Shown one piece after another: positions 1 through 9,806 of a DNA stretch of 64,000 bases. Each line of letters starts with the position of its first letter. Position 1 is the first letter of the stretch. Origin of the DNA: Candidatus Bathyarchaeia archaeon (GTDB lineage: Archaea; Thermoproteota; Bathyarchaeia; 40CM-2-53-6); the NCBI GenBank assembly GCA_049513715.1, contig JBEKVV010000007.1, positions 29,142 to 93,141 of the forward strand, given 5' to 3'. Under the pieces are notes generated by a model, which saw nothing but the letters and a program-made list of their open reading frames with translations, ran no database searches and had not been told where the DNA came from. Made by a program: the position numbers and the translations under genes.

Positions 1-1
1 A

Positions 2-373
2 TCCAAAATGGCGATCAGCGCGGTGGGTGCTGGGAACATCTTCGGATTCTACATCATCTCATCGCTCACCGCGCCATCCATCTATGCGATTTATCGATTG
101 GCAAAGCCTCGAGAATCTGGAGACATCAAACCTCCACGAGCTGCTTGGATTTATGGTGCGGCCGGGCTTGCCCTCAATTCGTGCGGTGTTTTCGCTTTCT
201 CATTTGCTCTGAAGGTGGGATCTGCATCGCTTGTAGGGCCGATTACCGGAGCCTACCCCCTTGTAACGGTAATACTGGCTGTAGTGTTGCTGCACGAGAA
301 ATTAGATCGGCTTCACATAATCCCGCTCGTCCTCGTCATTATCGGTCTCATAGCGCTTGGGATCACGAGTTGA
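2..373 (+). CDS. EamA/DMT family transporter (C-terminal part, 5' end outside window)
   Basis: Hydrophobic ORF with typical EamA C-terminus (ASLVGPITGAYPLVTVILAVVLLHEKL). Confidence 0.85.
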   Translation, partial: SKMAISAVGAGNIFGFYIISSLTAPSIYAIYRLAKPRESGDIKPPRAAWIYGAAGLALNSCGVFAFSFALKVGSASLVGPITGAYPLVTVILAVVLLHEKLDRLHIIPLVLVIIGLIALGITS

Positions 374-621
374 AGTTCATGCAAACAAGTGGAGGAGGGA
401 AAGATCTTCGTCCTCTTATTACCCCCCGCGGAGCCGAATTTCAATTTAGCACAGACACGGGGCGGGGCTGTTGGCCTTATATGTACCGGTAAATTGGGGT
501 CAAAATCCCTTTGCCCCATCTCTGAATACAAATTATGTGGGTTCAAAGGTGGGTGTAAAGCTGAACTCCCTGCACCGCAGATTCACTCCCGAAGATCTGC
601 CACACAGCGAAAAACTAGTGG

Positions 622-1593
622 CTAGTTGTGTTTGGACAGAACTGTTCGTAGGGTGTTCAGAGAAATGTTGGCGCCGCTTACAATCACCACTACTTTCTCT
701 CCCACTTTGAGCTTGGCCTTCTCAAGTAATGCAGCGATGGCGGCTGCTGCTGAGGGTTCGATTACCAAGTGGCACTCCTTCATTACTGTGAATACAGCGT
801 TCTGAATTTGTTCCTCGCTGACGAGTAGGATTTCGTCGACGTTCTGTTTTGCGATTTGGAAGGTCAGTTGACCCGGCGCCCGAGTTGCCAACCCATCTGC
901 GATTGAACTTGTATCAGCTAGGCGCGTGATTTTTCCTGTTTTGATTGATTGGTACATGGATGATGCTTTCTCGGGTTCAACCCCGATAACCTTCGCTGCA
1001 GGCTTCAGGCTCTTGATAGCCGTGGAAATACCTGAGATGAGCCCACCACCCCCGATCGGTACGATGACTGTATTCACGCTTGGTAGGTCTTCAAGGATTT
1101 CCAGGCCAATTGTCCCTTGCCCAGCAATTATGTCCGGGTCATCGAACGGTGGAATCATCAGGGTGCCTGTGGCCTTCTGAATCTCCAGCGCCTTACTGAA
1201 CCGCTCATCATGAAACAACCCATGCTTGATTACTTTGGCTCCGTACTCTTCAATGGCGTTTACTTTCTCCTGAACAGCGTTCGTTGGGACGACTATAGTC
1301 GCATTTGCACCAACCAGTTTCGCCATGTAGGACACGGCTAGCCCATGGTTGCCAGATGACGCTGCAACAAACCCAAGCTTTCTTTCCTCTGGGCTAAGCT
1401 TGAGGATCTTGTTCGCTGCGCCGCGAATTTTGAAGACCCGTATGGGTTGGTAGTTTTCGAGTTTAAGGTACACGTTCGCTTTCGTTAACGCGCTTAGCCT
1501 AGGCGAATAGTACAATGGCGTCCTGTAGGCCACGTTTGCGATTCTGCGCCTTGCTTCTTGAATGGTGCTCAAAGTTACGGGAAGCTGACTCAT
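622..1593 (-). CDS. Threonine/serine dehydratase (PLP-dependent, catabolic type)
   Basis: KLENYQ..FKIRGA PLP-lysine motif, SSGNHG, PIGGGGLISG, EPSAAA. Confidence 0.9.
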   Translation of the reverse strand: MSQLPVTLSTIQEARRRIANVAYRTPLYYSPRLSALTKANVYLKLENYQPIRVFKIRGAANKILKLSPEERKLGFVAASSGNHGLAVSYMAKLVGANATIVVPTNAVQEKVNAIEEYGAKVIKHGLFHDERFSKALEIQKATGTLMIPPFDDPDIIAGQGTIGLEILEDLPSVNTVIVPIGGGGLISGISTAIKSLKPAAKVIGVEPEKASSMYQSIKTGKITRLADTSSIADGLATRAPGQLTFQIAKQNVDEILLVSEEQIQNAVFTVMKECHLVIEPSAAAAIAALLEKAKLKVGEKVVVIVSGANISLNTLRTVLSKHN

Positions 1594-1601
1594 CGCCCTT
1601 G

Positions 1602-2039
1602 CTATCCCGTCGAAGCCGCAGCAGCCTTCAGCCCTTTCGGAAAATACGCTTGAACCTTGGGCTGCATCAAATAGTAAATTATCACCAAATCCAAGACCAG
1701 CGCAACCAGTTCACCTATCCCAGGCCTAACGAACAAGGAGAAGACTCCGAGCATTATGCCCAAAATGGCGCAAACCAAACCAGCAATCCATGCCCACCGC
1801 TTCCCAACCCACAAGCCTATGGCGAGAGCGAAATCAATCAGGGCGAAAACTAGCAGGGCGATTCCTCCGCCGATTATCCTAGTGGGAAACCATCTGACAC
1901 GCGGAATCATGTCTGAAAGAATGAACCCCTCAATAACAATCGAGAGGCCACCCAGCAAAACCATGACACCCAAGATAGCCTCGAGAACGGCAAGTATAGT
2001 GACCCCGATCGGGCGCTCCTTTGTCATCAACATGGCCAC
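1602..2039 (-). CDS. Membrane protein (RPIGVTILA-type, ~4 TM)
   Basis: N-terminal ERPIGVTILA, hydrophobic helices, C-terminal YL..P.V.AYF. Confidence 0.75.
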   Translation of the reverse strand: MAMLMTKERPIGVTILAVLEAILGVMVLLGGLSIVIEGFILSDMIPRVRWFPTRIIGGGIALLVFALIDFALAIGLWVGKRWAWIAGLVCAILGIMLGVFSLFVRPGIGELVALVLDLVIIYYLMQPKVQAYFPKGLKAAAASTG

Positions 2040-2052
2040 TTCTCTTGTTGTT

Positions 2053-2175
2053 TTAGCTCTTGCCTTTCTCGGCTAGTTCCTGCTTGATTTTCTCAGCCAG
2101 TTTCTTCTTTTCATCCTCATCCTTCGAAGAAATCCACTGTAGTTTGAGGTAGAAGACGTCTTTCCTTGAAGCCAT
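2053..2175 (-). CDS. Small charged protein, 40 aa (MASRKDVFYLKLQWISSKDEDEKKKLAEKIKQELAEKGKS)
   Basis: Below ORF-track cutoff; ATG start, helical K/E-rich composition, TTATAT box upstream, lies directly before 1602-2039. Confidence 0.6.
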   Translation of the reverse strand: MASRKDVFYLKLQWISSKDEDEKKKLAEKIKQELAEKGKS

Positions 2176-2361
2176 GGCAGGCGCCTGAATCTGTGTATTC
2201 GTTGCGCAGTCGCATCACACTGGAACCGAGAAATATAACCTTAGGCCGCCACAAATTGCAGCACCTATCGTAAGCGCGCAAAATCCTCCCACGTGACCGA
2301 GCGGAGTTTACTTGCCTTTTACTGTCGCTATGAACTCACTGAGCGGAATCGTTGGTAGTGT

Positions 2362-2413
2362 CGTACTCAAGACCAGGCTATCCGAACCGGATGGTTCTCT
2401 AGACTACGGCCGC
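2362..2413 (-). tRNA. tRNA-Gly-like 5' fragment containing a 21-nt BHB intron (2378-2398); no 3' half found
   Basis: GCGGCCGTAGTCTAG^...^CCTGGTC matches the archaeal tRNA-Gly 5' end; TTTTATA box ~30 nt upstream; no T-arm or 3' acceptor strand downstream. Confidence 0.6.
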
Positions 2414-2617
2414 AACCAAGCAATCTGATGCATCAGATCGCACTATAAAACTCTAGCCGGAATCCCAACAGTAGTATACTTCTACCTTCCCGCAACCTTT
2501 GATTGGAGACGCATCAACGTTAGAACTCCGAGAACACTCCCGACGTTTATTTCATTCTGAACAAATAGCCGTTCTTCTTCCGGTTCTTCGGTTTCGGTCG
2601 AAGTCAGGCAGGTTAAG

Positions 2618-3358
2618 TCAGTTCGCCACCGTCCCCAAATCGGCTTGTAGCTGATCGAAGTTGAACCCTGGCGCAAAGTCGGATTTCTTCGCTTCCGGAG
2701 GAAGAATTGCATACGCCTCGTCGACACATTCATCCCACCACGCCCAAGTCGCCTTTTGGGTATTCCCCCAAGTGAGGACGGTCACGCCAGTCGAATCGTA
2801 TGCGACGACAAATACCGCGTGGCCATCCTGGGTCAGCGGACCCGGAGCCCAAGGCTGGCGAGCGTCAAACTCCTGAATGCAATTCTGTTGCACCTGAAAC
2901 CCCAGGTAGACCCCGCCAAAAAGCTGAATTGCCTGTTGAATGTGCGTGTGATTCTTCCTGTCGATGCTGGCGTAAGCCAGGATCTTGTCTCCGGAAGCAG
3001 CGTGACTGCGCCAGTAGCTCAGCACATCGAGCTCGTTCAGGCCGGAGTCTATTCCGCCCGTCAGATGCATGTACAACTTGACCACATCCTGCTTAGACAT
3101 GATCTTCTGCCGGCCGACCAAGCCACGATAGGTCGTGACCGCGTGGGCCAGAGCAGCGATAGTGCAGTCTCCCAGGGTATCGTTACCGTCCAAAGGGAAC
3201 AACTTTGTCGGGTCCGACGTATTCAGTTTCTGGTAGACCCTGGGTAGAACGTCGTAGGAAACAGGTGGCGCTGCAAGTGCAGGTGTCAGATAGTTCTCCA
3301 AGCGCAGCGTGCGATAGTCTTGCTTCGGTGGGTGCTTTCCAAATCTATATCCAGTCAT
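2618..3358 (-). CDS. Papain-like cysteine peptidase (C1/C39-like), mobile-element type
   Basis: GDCTIAA (catalytic Cys), GHAV (His), TWG; SD GGAGGT before the ATG at 3358. Confidence 0.7.
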   Translation of the reverse strand: MTGYRFGKHPPKQDYRTLRLENYLTPALAAPPVSYDVLPRVYQKLNTSDPTKLFPLDGNDTLGDCTIAALAHAVTTYRGLVGRQKIMSKQDVVKLYMHLTGGIDSGLNELDVLSYWRSHAASGDKILAYASIDRKNHTHIQQAIQLFGGVYLGFQVQQNCIQEFDARQPWAPGPLTQDGHAVFVVAYDSTGVTVLTWGNTQKATWAWWDECVDEAYAILPPEAKKSDFAPGFNFDQLQADLGTVAN

Positions 3359-3871
3359 GAATGTGACCTCCTTTTGGTTGAAGTTATTTTCTTTCTGCTT
3401 CTTTCGGCACCTAACTGCAATTAGCGCGCACATCCTCCGTCCACTAATAGCTGAAACTATCTATTTGGAGCTATCTATCTGTAGATACTTCTCTGCTCCA
3501 CAATTCGTCCTTCCAAACCCAACGCCACCAGCCGGTCATGCCGTCAAAGTAAGTGCATTGATCAGCGTCCCGATCTCATACACTTGGAGGTCGATGGTGA
3601 CTGAATCAGCTGGGATTGATTCCACCCATGCAGAATGGGTACTCAAGGAAAAGGAGATGGTTGGTGATATGCCTCTGATGACAGTGGTCATGGTGCGTAA
3701 AGGTTCCGGTGGTATACATGCAGATATCTTTGGTAATGTGAAACTTCAGCAGGGAGCGTTTGGTACCAGAGAAGTATTCGTATACGACCTGCCACCATTA
3801 GCCGCTGACATTTCGTTGCCACGGTGATGACATATGAATATGTGTGTGGATCTTATGGTGCGCACACACGA

Positions 3872-4144
3872 TTACCTACGAACGGAACCCCAAACCACTA
3901 TTGTGACGCCAACAAGAGTAAGAGGAATTGGACAGAAGAATCCGAGAACGTAAACGTAGAGTCCAATGATTTGCAGTGTCTGACTAGCCTCAGCACTTGG
4001 TGGTAGGCAAGAAGCGGAGAGCACTATGCATGGACGTAACACGTAGAATGTGGCAACATACCAGATCACGCCTACAGCAGTCAGAACCAATCCAAACAGG
4101 ATTCGTTCCCGAGGTTTCATGTCGATACTACCGCCTGTCGCCAT
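3872..4144 (-). CDS. Small 2-TM membrane protein
   Basis: Two hydrophobic helices, ATG start. Confidence 0.5.
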   Translation of the reverse strand: MATGGSIDMKPRERILFGLVLTAVGVIWYVATFYVLRPCIVLSASCLPPSAEASQTLQIIGLYVYVLGFFCPIPLTLVGVTIVVWGSVRR

Positions 4145-4296
4145 TGAAGCTGGTAGTTAGCCATAGTGCAGTTGCCTCCAGCGATTCGTGTATGTGGGTC
4201 CAGTGGTGCAGGCAACACGAGTTTCGCTTACCCATTGCGCATCCGATACTATAGCGACAAGAAAGGAAACAATCGCACTCATAGATTGCGTTTAAA

Positions 4297-4327
4297 CGTA
4301 CTCAAGACCAGGCTAGACTACGGTCGT
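4297..4327 (-). repeat. Second, intron-less copy of the tRNA-Gly-like 5' fragment (att-like direct repeat)
   Basis: ACGACCGTAGTCTAGCCTGGTCTTGAGTACG is 29/31 identical to 2362-2413 after removal of its 21-nt intron. Confidence 0.8.
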
Positions 4328-4466
4328 ATGGCTCGTCCTTTGGTTCCAGTGAAGTCGAATTCAAATAAAAATTGAACCAGGAAAGACAAAGTAGAAATTA
4401 CGCAGGTGTTCTTCACATTAGATTATACAGCGGCAGGGAATTTGGAGCTTTCCATAGGGGAACGGC

Positions 4467-4913
4467 TTACTCGAGGAACTTGCGCATCGCAACCGCAGAC
4501 TCCGAGCACAACTCAACGAACTCAATCGAAGCCTTCACCGGCTCATCCACGTTTTCTCGATCAATCGGTTGGAATCCGAGGCCCTCGAAGTAGGCTGTGG
4601 CAGTTGCAGTCAACAGGTAAGCCTTCTTTACCCCCTTGGCCCGTGCTTTTTCCAAGACCGTCCCGGTCAAGACTCTAGCGTATCCTTGGCCGCGAAATCG
4701 CTTGTCCACGGCAACAGACCTCAGCAAGCAGTTTTCGCCGTAGTGCTCGAATCCGGCAACACCAATGATGCCTCCGCCCTGATCCAATGCAACAAGAAAA
4801 TTCTCCAAATTCTCCCTGACTCCTTTCACCGGTAATTCACTCTCACTTAGAAGGCCAATGATTCGCGGCAAATCGGCAGCCGTTGCTGCTCGCAACGTCA
4901 TCGGCGCGGACAT
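4467..4913 (-). CDS. GNAT N-acetyltransferase, ArsN2-like
   Basis: LLRSVAV..RGQG acetyl-CoA motif, YLLT.TA..YF..LGF, S.EF..LC.ESA..M. Confidence 0.85.
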   Translation of the reverse strand: MSAPMTLRAATAADLPRIIGLLSESELPVKGVRENLENFLVALDQGGGIIGVAGFEHYGENCLLRSVAVDKRFRGQGYARVLTGTVLEKARAKGVKKAYLLTATATAYFEGLGFQPIDRENVDEPVKASIEFVELCSESAVAMRKFLE

Positions 4914-4931
4914 TAGGATCGACTGAACGTT

Positions 4932-5252
4932 TCAGGTTGTAAGGTGGCCTTTGCCTGAGGCAAGCGATGATGAACCCAGACTCTCGTCAACGTCTTCTGG
5001 TTCCATGACAACTCGAGAGTTAGTACTCGACACGCCCGCTAACCTGGCAATTTCTCCGAGCGCCTTGTGGAATACTTTTCTATCCTTGTGTTCCAGTACG
5101 ACTAAGACATCATAATCGCCAAGTATAACATCGAAGTCCTTCACAGCGCCATCTCGTTCCATGGCTTTCATATTTCGAATATCCCTGATCACGCTTCCTT
5201 GATAGCCGGCAACTGTTCTAATCTCGACGTATGCTTTCGGCACAGATTTCAC
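4932..5252 (-). CDS. Lrp/AsnC ligand-binding-domain protein
   Basis: KAYV.I, ILGDYDVLV, GVSSTNS motifs. Confidence 0.75.
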   Translation of the reverse strand: MKSVPKAYVEIRTVAGYQGSVIRDIRNMKAMERDGAVKDFDVILGDYDVLVVLEHKDRKVFHKALGEIARLAGVSSTNSRVVMEPEDVDESLGSSSLASGKGHLTT

Positions 5253-5447
5253 ATCCTATGCTCATTGCAGCCCTGCAACTTGCACCCACCTATATTCGTA
5301 GTTTTCTGTTTCAAGCGAGACGTGGCGCTTTCCGCGCAGATAACCCTCGAAAACCTTCTCAACCGCTTTGCCATACGTCAGGTAACCAGTTATTGCGGCT
5401 TCAGGAACGTGCCCTAAAATGTTCAACTCGCTCTGGGGAATGAGGCC

Positions 5448-5984
5448 GTGAGAGGCCGTCTTCCGCGTCCCGTCCGAATAGTCTACAAGCGGTTGCCAAA
5501 CGACATTCGCGAAATCCCAGGCGTGCTCCGCGCGGCGACGTCGCAGAGATTAGTTATCGAAAGTCCCATCGTGGTTTCCCGTCCAATGCGTGAATCCGGC
5601 AAAATTGTCGCAGATAACGGCTACCTGGCGATTTGGTTCGTTTACAGAAATAGGGGGTATGATGTCGGCAAATTCTTCGACCGAGCGAGGAATTGCGTGG
5701 GCTACTACTGCGACATGGTAAAGCCAACCAAACAGTTGCTAAGGGGATCGTCAAGAACGGCGATTGTAACGGACCTCTTCCTCGACCTGTGGATATGGCC
5801 GGACGGGCGGTATACTGTTCTTGATGAGGACGAGTTCAAACATGGGCTGCGGAGAGGTGAAATCCCGAGGGCTCTTGCCTTCGAAGCCCAACGGCAGCTC
5901 GCCCGGTTGGTGAAGAGGACAAAAGCGAAACGATTCCCACCCGCATATGTTCGAAGAATTGAACCGCTCGAAAGACCGCGGTAA
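5448..5984 (+). CDS. DUF402 family protein (FomD-like)
   Basis: YYCD, DLFLDLWIWPDG..VLDEDE motif. Confidence 0.85.
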   Translation: MRGRLPRPVRIVYKRLPNDIREIPGVLRAATSQRLVIESPIVVSRPMRESGKIVADNGYLAIWFVYRNRGYDVGKFFDRARNCVGYYCDMVKPTKQLLRGSSRTAIVTDLFLDLWIWPDGRYTVLDEDEFKHGLRRGEIPRALAFEAQRQLARLVKRTKAKRFPPAYVRRIEPLERPR

Positions 5985-6018
5985 GAATGGTTAGATACGG
6001 AAAGACTCGGAAATTCGG

Positions 6019-6753
6019 TCAGGGTCTCTTCATTATGAAGGTCATGTAACCCACGAACTCCTCGCCAAATCTTCGAACGAGCTCATCCTCTTTGGCTGCC
6101 TCTGCAACACCTCTTTGCACGCCCTCATCGGAGACATTCTCCTTGGCAAGGGTTCGAATCGTTTCATTTGTTAGGTTGTAGTATTCCAGCCAAGCTTTTC
6201 GGCTGCACTCTTCTTCTCTGAGAACCTTGAAGCCGCGTTCAGTGTACCAACGCCGCAGGTCCTCAAGGGTCAGCGGTTGCCCCTCTTCTTCGAAGAAAAT
6301 GTCCATAACGGCTTTCGGGGCTGGAACTTTCTTGCAGTAGATATCGGAGATGGCCAAGTAACCTTCAAGTTTGACTGCGTCTGTTAGAACTCTCCAGCCT
6401 GCGTCTCTGAAAATATAGAGTGCACCCAAACACACGCCCAGATCGTATACATGACGGTCGACTCCTAAGCTGTTGACGTCATGGCAGCGAAAATTGAGTA
6501 CTGAGTCTAATCCATGCTTCGTTGCCGTCTCAGTCGAATACTCCACGAATTCTGGGTTAGCGTCGAAGCCGTCGACCCTGCATGCAAAGTTCTCAGCTAG
6601 GAATCGAGCGAATGCTCCCTTTCCGGACGCTAATTCAATTACACGTGAGGACTCGGTCAGATTGCTTGTCTCTGCAATGACCTGCCAAGTCTCTCGATCT
6701 ATCGGATTAAGAACAACTGTGTTTGCGTAGATCTGAGAGTATTTGATTATCAA
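6019..6753 (-). CDS. Class I SAM-dependent methyltransferase
   Basis: VIELASGKG motif I; start placed at TTG 6753 after AGGAGG. Confidence 0.85.
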   Translation of the reverse strand: MIIKYSQIYANTVVLNPIDRETWQVIAETSNLTESSRVIELASGKGAFARFLAENFACRVDGFDANPEFVEYSTETATKHGLDSVLNFRCHDVNSLGVDRHVYDLGVCLGALYIFRDAGWRVLTDAVKLEGYLAISDIYCKKVPAPKAVMDIFFEEEGQPLTLEDLRRWYTERGFKVLREEECSRKAWLEYYNLTNETIRTLAKENVSDEGVQRGVAEAAKEDELVRRFGEEFVGYMTFIMKRP

Positions 6754-6767
6754 GATAACTGTCCTCC

Positions 6768-7697
6768 TTAGCAGTTGAAGGTTCGCGTCGCCTTTGACGC
6801 TAAGGCCGCTAAGCGTTTTCCATCTGGGCTCCATGCAACTGCGTTGAAGAAGCAATCTGGGTTGGCGTAAATCTCCTTCGGGGAGTGGGTGTCCAACAAG
6901 TAGACTGAGCCGCGGCCGACCCCTGCTTCTGTTGTTGCCGTTACTATGGCCGCAACCGTTCCCGCGGGGTTCCAGGCGACCGCGACGGGGTAAACTCGTT
7001 TGTTTTCGAATTCAATCGGCGAAAGCGACCTTCCATCGAAGCTTGCGATGAATCCGTTATGCCAGACCACATCATAACCAACCACTAAAGCTGATTCTCC
7101 GTTTGGTTTCCAATCGACCCCGATCAAATCAGCTCGCCCCTCATTGACGGCCTTCAGGAGCTCTGCTTTCAGGTCGTACTGGAACAATGTTGGTGATGGA
7201 ATGAATTCTTCAGCGTAACAGTTCGAGGTCACCAATGCCTGTTCCGATGTGGGATGCCAAGCCACATGGCGTAGGTTGGCTCTGCCATCGTCAACAGTCT
7301 GCACAGACCCTCCGTCGTATTTCATTAGGTTGCCCTTGTTTCCTGCCACGAGGGCAACGGTTCCTTTCGCATTCCACTCCGCACTGCGGAGGTTTTCTGT
7401 TGTAGGGGAATTCAGCTTCTTTGAATGGCCTTTCTCATTGAGGAGAAGCATCGTCCCAGCGTTTCCGACAATGAGGGCCTCTCCTGTTGCATGGTTCGTT
7501 GCCACCGCCCGCAGGTTTTGTTGGGTTCCGGCGTCGATGCGGGTTTGCTTGCCCTCCGTAATTTTCAGAACTCGACCACGGTCACCCACGACAAGGAGAT
7601 ACGAGCCTGAAGGATCCCAAGCCAAAGAGCGAAGGTTGCCACCAAGCTTGATACTCCTAATCTTCTGATCTTCGTAGTACAGTAGGAGTGATGGCAA
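6768..7697 (-). CDS. WD40-like beta-propeller protein
   Basis: Repeated NLR.(V/A)(A/E)W.P.G..AL.VG blades. Confidence 0.8.
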   Translation of the reverse strand: MPSLLLYYEDQKIRSIKLGGNLRSLAWDPSGSYLLVVGDRGRVLKITEGKQTRIDAGTQQNLRAVATNHATGEALIVGNAGTMLLLNEKGHSKKLNSPTTENLRSAEWNAKGTVALVAGNKGNLMKYDGGSVQTVDDGRANLRHVAWHPTSEQALVTSNCYAEEFIPSPTLFQYDLKAELLKAVNEGRADLIGVDWKPNGESALVVGYDVVWHNGFIASFDGRSLSPIEFENKRVYPVAVAWNPAGTVAAIVTATTEAGVGRGSVYLLDTHSPKEIYANPDCFFNAVAWSPDGKRLAALASKATRTFNC

Positions 7698-7794
7698 TCA
7701 TTCACGTTCCATAGAGCGCCCCACACGAGGATCCCTACGAGTGAACTTGACTACTGCCTCAAAAACTAGATTTGAGAGTTCTGTTAAGTAGGGC

Positions 7795-8151
7795 GTGAAG
7801 AGGTTACCCTTGCCCAAGGCGAAGCGCCACAGCCAACGCACCATCGAACTGTACTCGGAACGGCCTATCAGGCGGCCGCGAGACATGCTGGATTTCATAA
7901 AAGCCCTGGACGAGGATGAGGGCATTAGGATAATTGGTGACGTGAAGAACCATGAGAATGGCGGTTTCATTTTCGTGGGGTACTACCGAGGCAGTTACTG
8001 CGTCAACATCTGCGATAGAGTCTGGAATCCTAAACTACGGAAATACGTGGCTGGCGAGAAAGACGAATGGTACTACTTCGACACGTCGAGGGAAGCCTTC
8101 AACTTCGTTCAGAAAGAAGCAAAGAAGCCCCTACGAGCTTGGCTGTACTGA
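7795..8151 (+). CDS. Hypothetical protein
   Basis: 118-aa ORF with protein-like composition in an otherwise free interval. Confidence 0.65.
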   Translation: MKRLPLPKAKRHSQRTIELYSERPIRRPRDMLDFIKALDEDEGIRIIGDVKNHENGGFIFVGYYRGSYCVNICDRVWNPKLRKYVAGEKDEWYYFDTSREAFNFVQKEAKKPLRAWLY

Positions 8152-8186
8152 AAGGGCCCCTTTGACTACTTTCTTTAAGCGTAGAT

Positions 8187-8564
8187 CTACTGAGCGCGTT
8201 GGAAGAGTCCTACTACGTTCCCTTCGGAGTCCTTGAAGTACGCTGCAAAACCCATGTCACCGATAGCCATTTTTGCTCTAACCATTTTGCCGCCGTTCTT
8301 CTCGATCATTGCGGCCGCTTGATCAATGTTTTGAACCATTATTGTGACGACGGGTACTTTGACTGGGTCCTGTCGTTCCAGCATTCCGCCATTAATGGAC
8401 CCGGGTTCCTTTGGCATGCCGTTCTCGTCGGACGGCGCGGTTCCAACCATGACATACTCCATCTCGGGCATATCCATCATGTTCCAGCCGAACACAGTGC
8501 TGTAGAATTTCTTCGCTCGCGCCAAATTGTCAGCGGGTATTTCGAAGTGTACAACTTTGTCCAT
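8187..8564 (-). CDS. VOC/glyoxalase family protein
   Basis: VVHFEIPA..RAKKFY..VFGW, FKDSEGNVVGL. Confidence 0.9.
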   Translation of the reverse strand: MDKVVHFEIPADNLARAKKFYSTVFGWNMMDMPEMEYVMVGTAPSDENGMPKEPGSINGGMLERQDPVKVPVVTIMVQNIDQAAAMIEKNGGKMVRAKMAIGDMGFAAYFKDSEGNVVGLFQRAQ

Positions 8565-8724
8565 ACGAAACTACCTTGTTCCGCCACCGTTACCAACTCT
8601 CGAATATAACTTGTGAGGATTACGTTTGAGCCACACAGGCTTTCGGGCGAATAGGGAAGGCCATCCAAATCAGGAAGGCACGATTGTACACAAAAAACTC
8701 ACACTGAAATCTGAAGACAGAGGC

Positions 8725-9153
8725 CTATGTGTTTCGCTTCTTCTTGACTATCCTTGAGCCTAGTTCTATCCAGTTTCCGTTCGGATCCTTAACGTAGGCG
8801 AGCAGCCATTTTCCTTCCTTGAAAGGTGCGATGGTTCCTCTGCGATTCTTGGAGAGTCTACCATAAGCCACGGCCGCATCCTTAACCTCAAACGCAAGAT
8901 GATCCAAACCGGACTTTCCGCCATGCTTGTATTTTCTTGGGTACCAGTTCAGTTCAAGAATCTGCTTAGACCCCTTCGACGTCAACCACGCCACCCGCCC
9001 TCCAGTCTCCACGATCTTCGTCTTGAACAGCAGCCTCATACCCAACTCCTTACGGTAGAACTTGATTGACTTCTCAAGGTCCGTGACGTGGATTCCAGTG
9101 TAGATGAATTTAGTTCGCAAGAGTTCCACCTGTCCATCGTATTTTCGCAACAT
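8725..9153 (-). CDS. VOC/glyoxalase (lactoylglutathione lyase-like) protein
   Basis: YTGIHVTDLEKSIKFY, LDHLAFEV, KDPNGNWIEL; start uncertain. Confidence 0.9.
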   Translation of the reverse strand: MLRKYDGQVELLRTKFIYTGIHVTDLEKSIKFYRKELGMRLLFKTKIVETGGRVAWLTSKGSKQILELNWYPRKYKHGGKSGLDHLAFEVKDAAVAYGRLSKNRRGTIAPFKEGKWLLAYVKDPNGNWIELGSRIVKKKRNT

Positions 9154-9243
9154 GTTGCATTGGGGTACGAATTGTTTGCGGTTCCCTGGGGTCGTGTCTG
9201 CGCAATCCTTAGTGCGGCATGGTTCATGAGAACTGCAAGGAGT

Positions 9244-9435
9244 CTAGAGCAATTCGGGTTTGAGGGCGGCCCTCCTCGTTAGCTGTGGCGAAGTTTTCCC
9301 ATGAACTTTGCAGTACTCCTCGCATTCGTTCGCCGTCCCTTCATCCTCGTACCCGTGAGCGCATTCTTCACACAAGAAAACCCTCTTCCCCAGATAACTG
9401 ATCTGCATAACCAACCCCATTCTCCTCCAAGCCAC
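9244..9435 (-). CDS. Small zinc-binding protein
   Basis: CEEC..Y.....A..CEEYC pattern. Confidence 0.7.
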   Translation of the reverse strand: MAWRRMGLVMQISYLGKRVFLCEECAHGYEDEGTANECEEYCKVHGKTSPQLTRRAALKPELL

Positions 9436-9806
9436 TGAAGTCAGGGCGCCAGCGTCAGTTCAACGAACAATTTGGACTTTCTCGTTCAAGAAAAAACTCA
9501 ATCTGCTTCTCCCTTCCCACCAAAACCAGGGCCGAAGAGTGACGCCTGTGAAAGGCTGCTGACCATTGGTCTGACCACGTATTTGAGGGCGGAGAACGCC
9601 TTGCTCCAAGCCATTCAACGTTTCCGCAGGCAGCCTGAAGGCCAGGCAGCACCACAAACTCGAATGTAGAACCCTAGTAATACATTCGCATTGGCTTGCT
9701 TTCGCATTCAATCCCGTCTACTGTTCAAGATTCTTGGCATGAATTTCTCCACCGCGAGTCTCCATTGTCGGAGACACTTCAGACTCCTCACCGAATCCAA
9801 AGCCAA

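Noticed and set aside
3357..3827. 156-aa + strand ORF in the island
   Set aside because: N-terminal half overlaps the peptidase promoter and looks non-coding; a shorter ORF from ~3593 is possible but unsupported.
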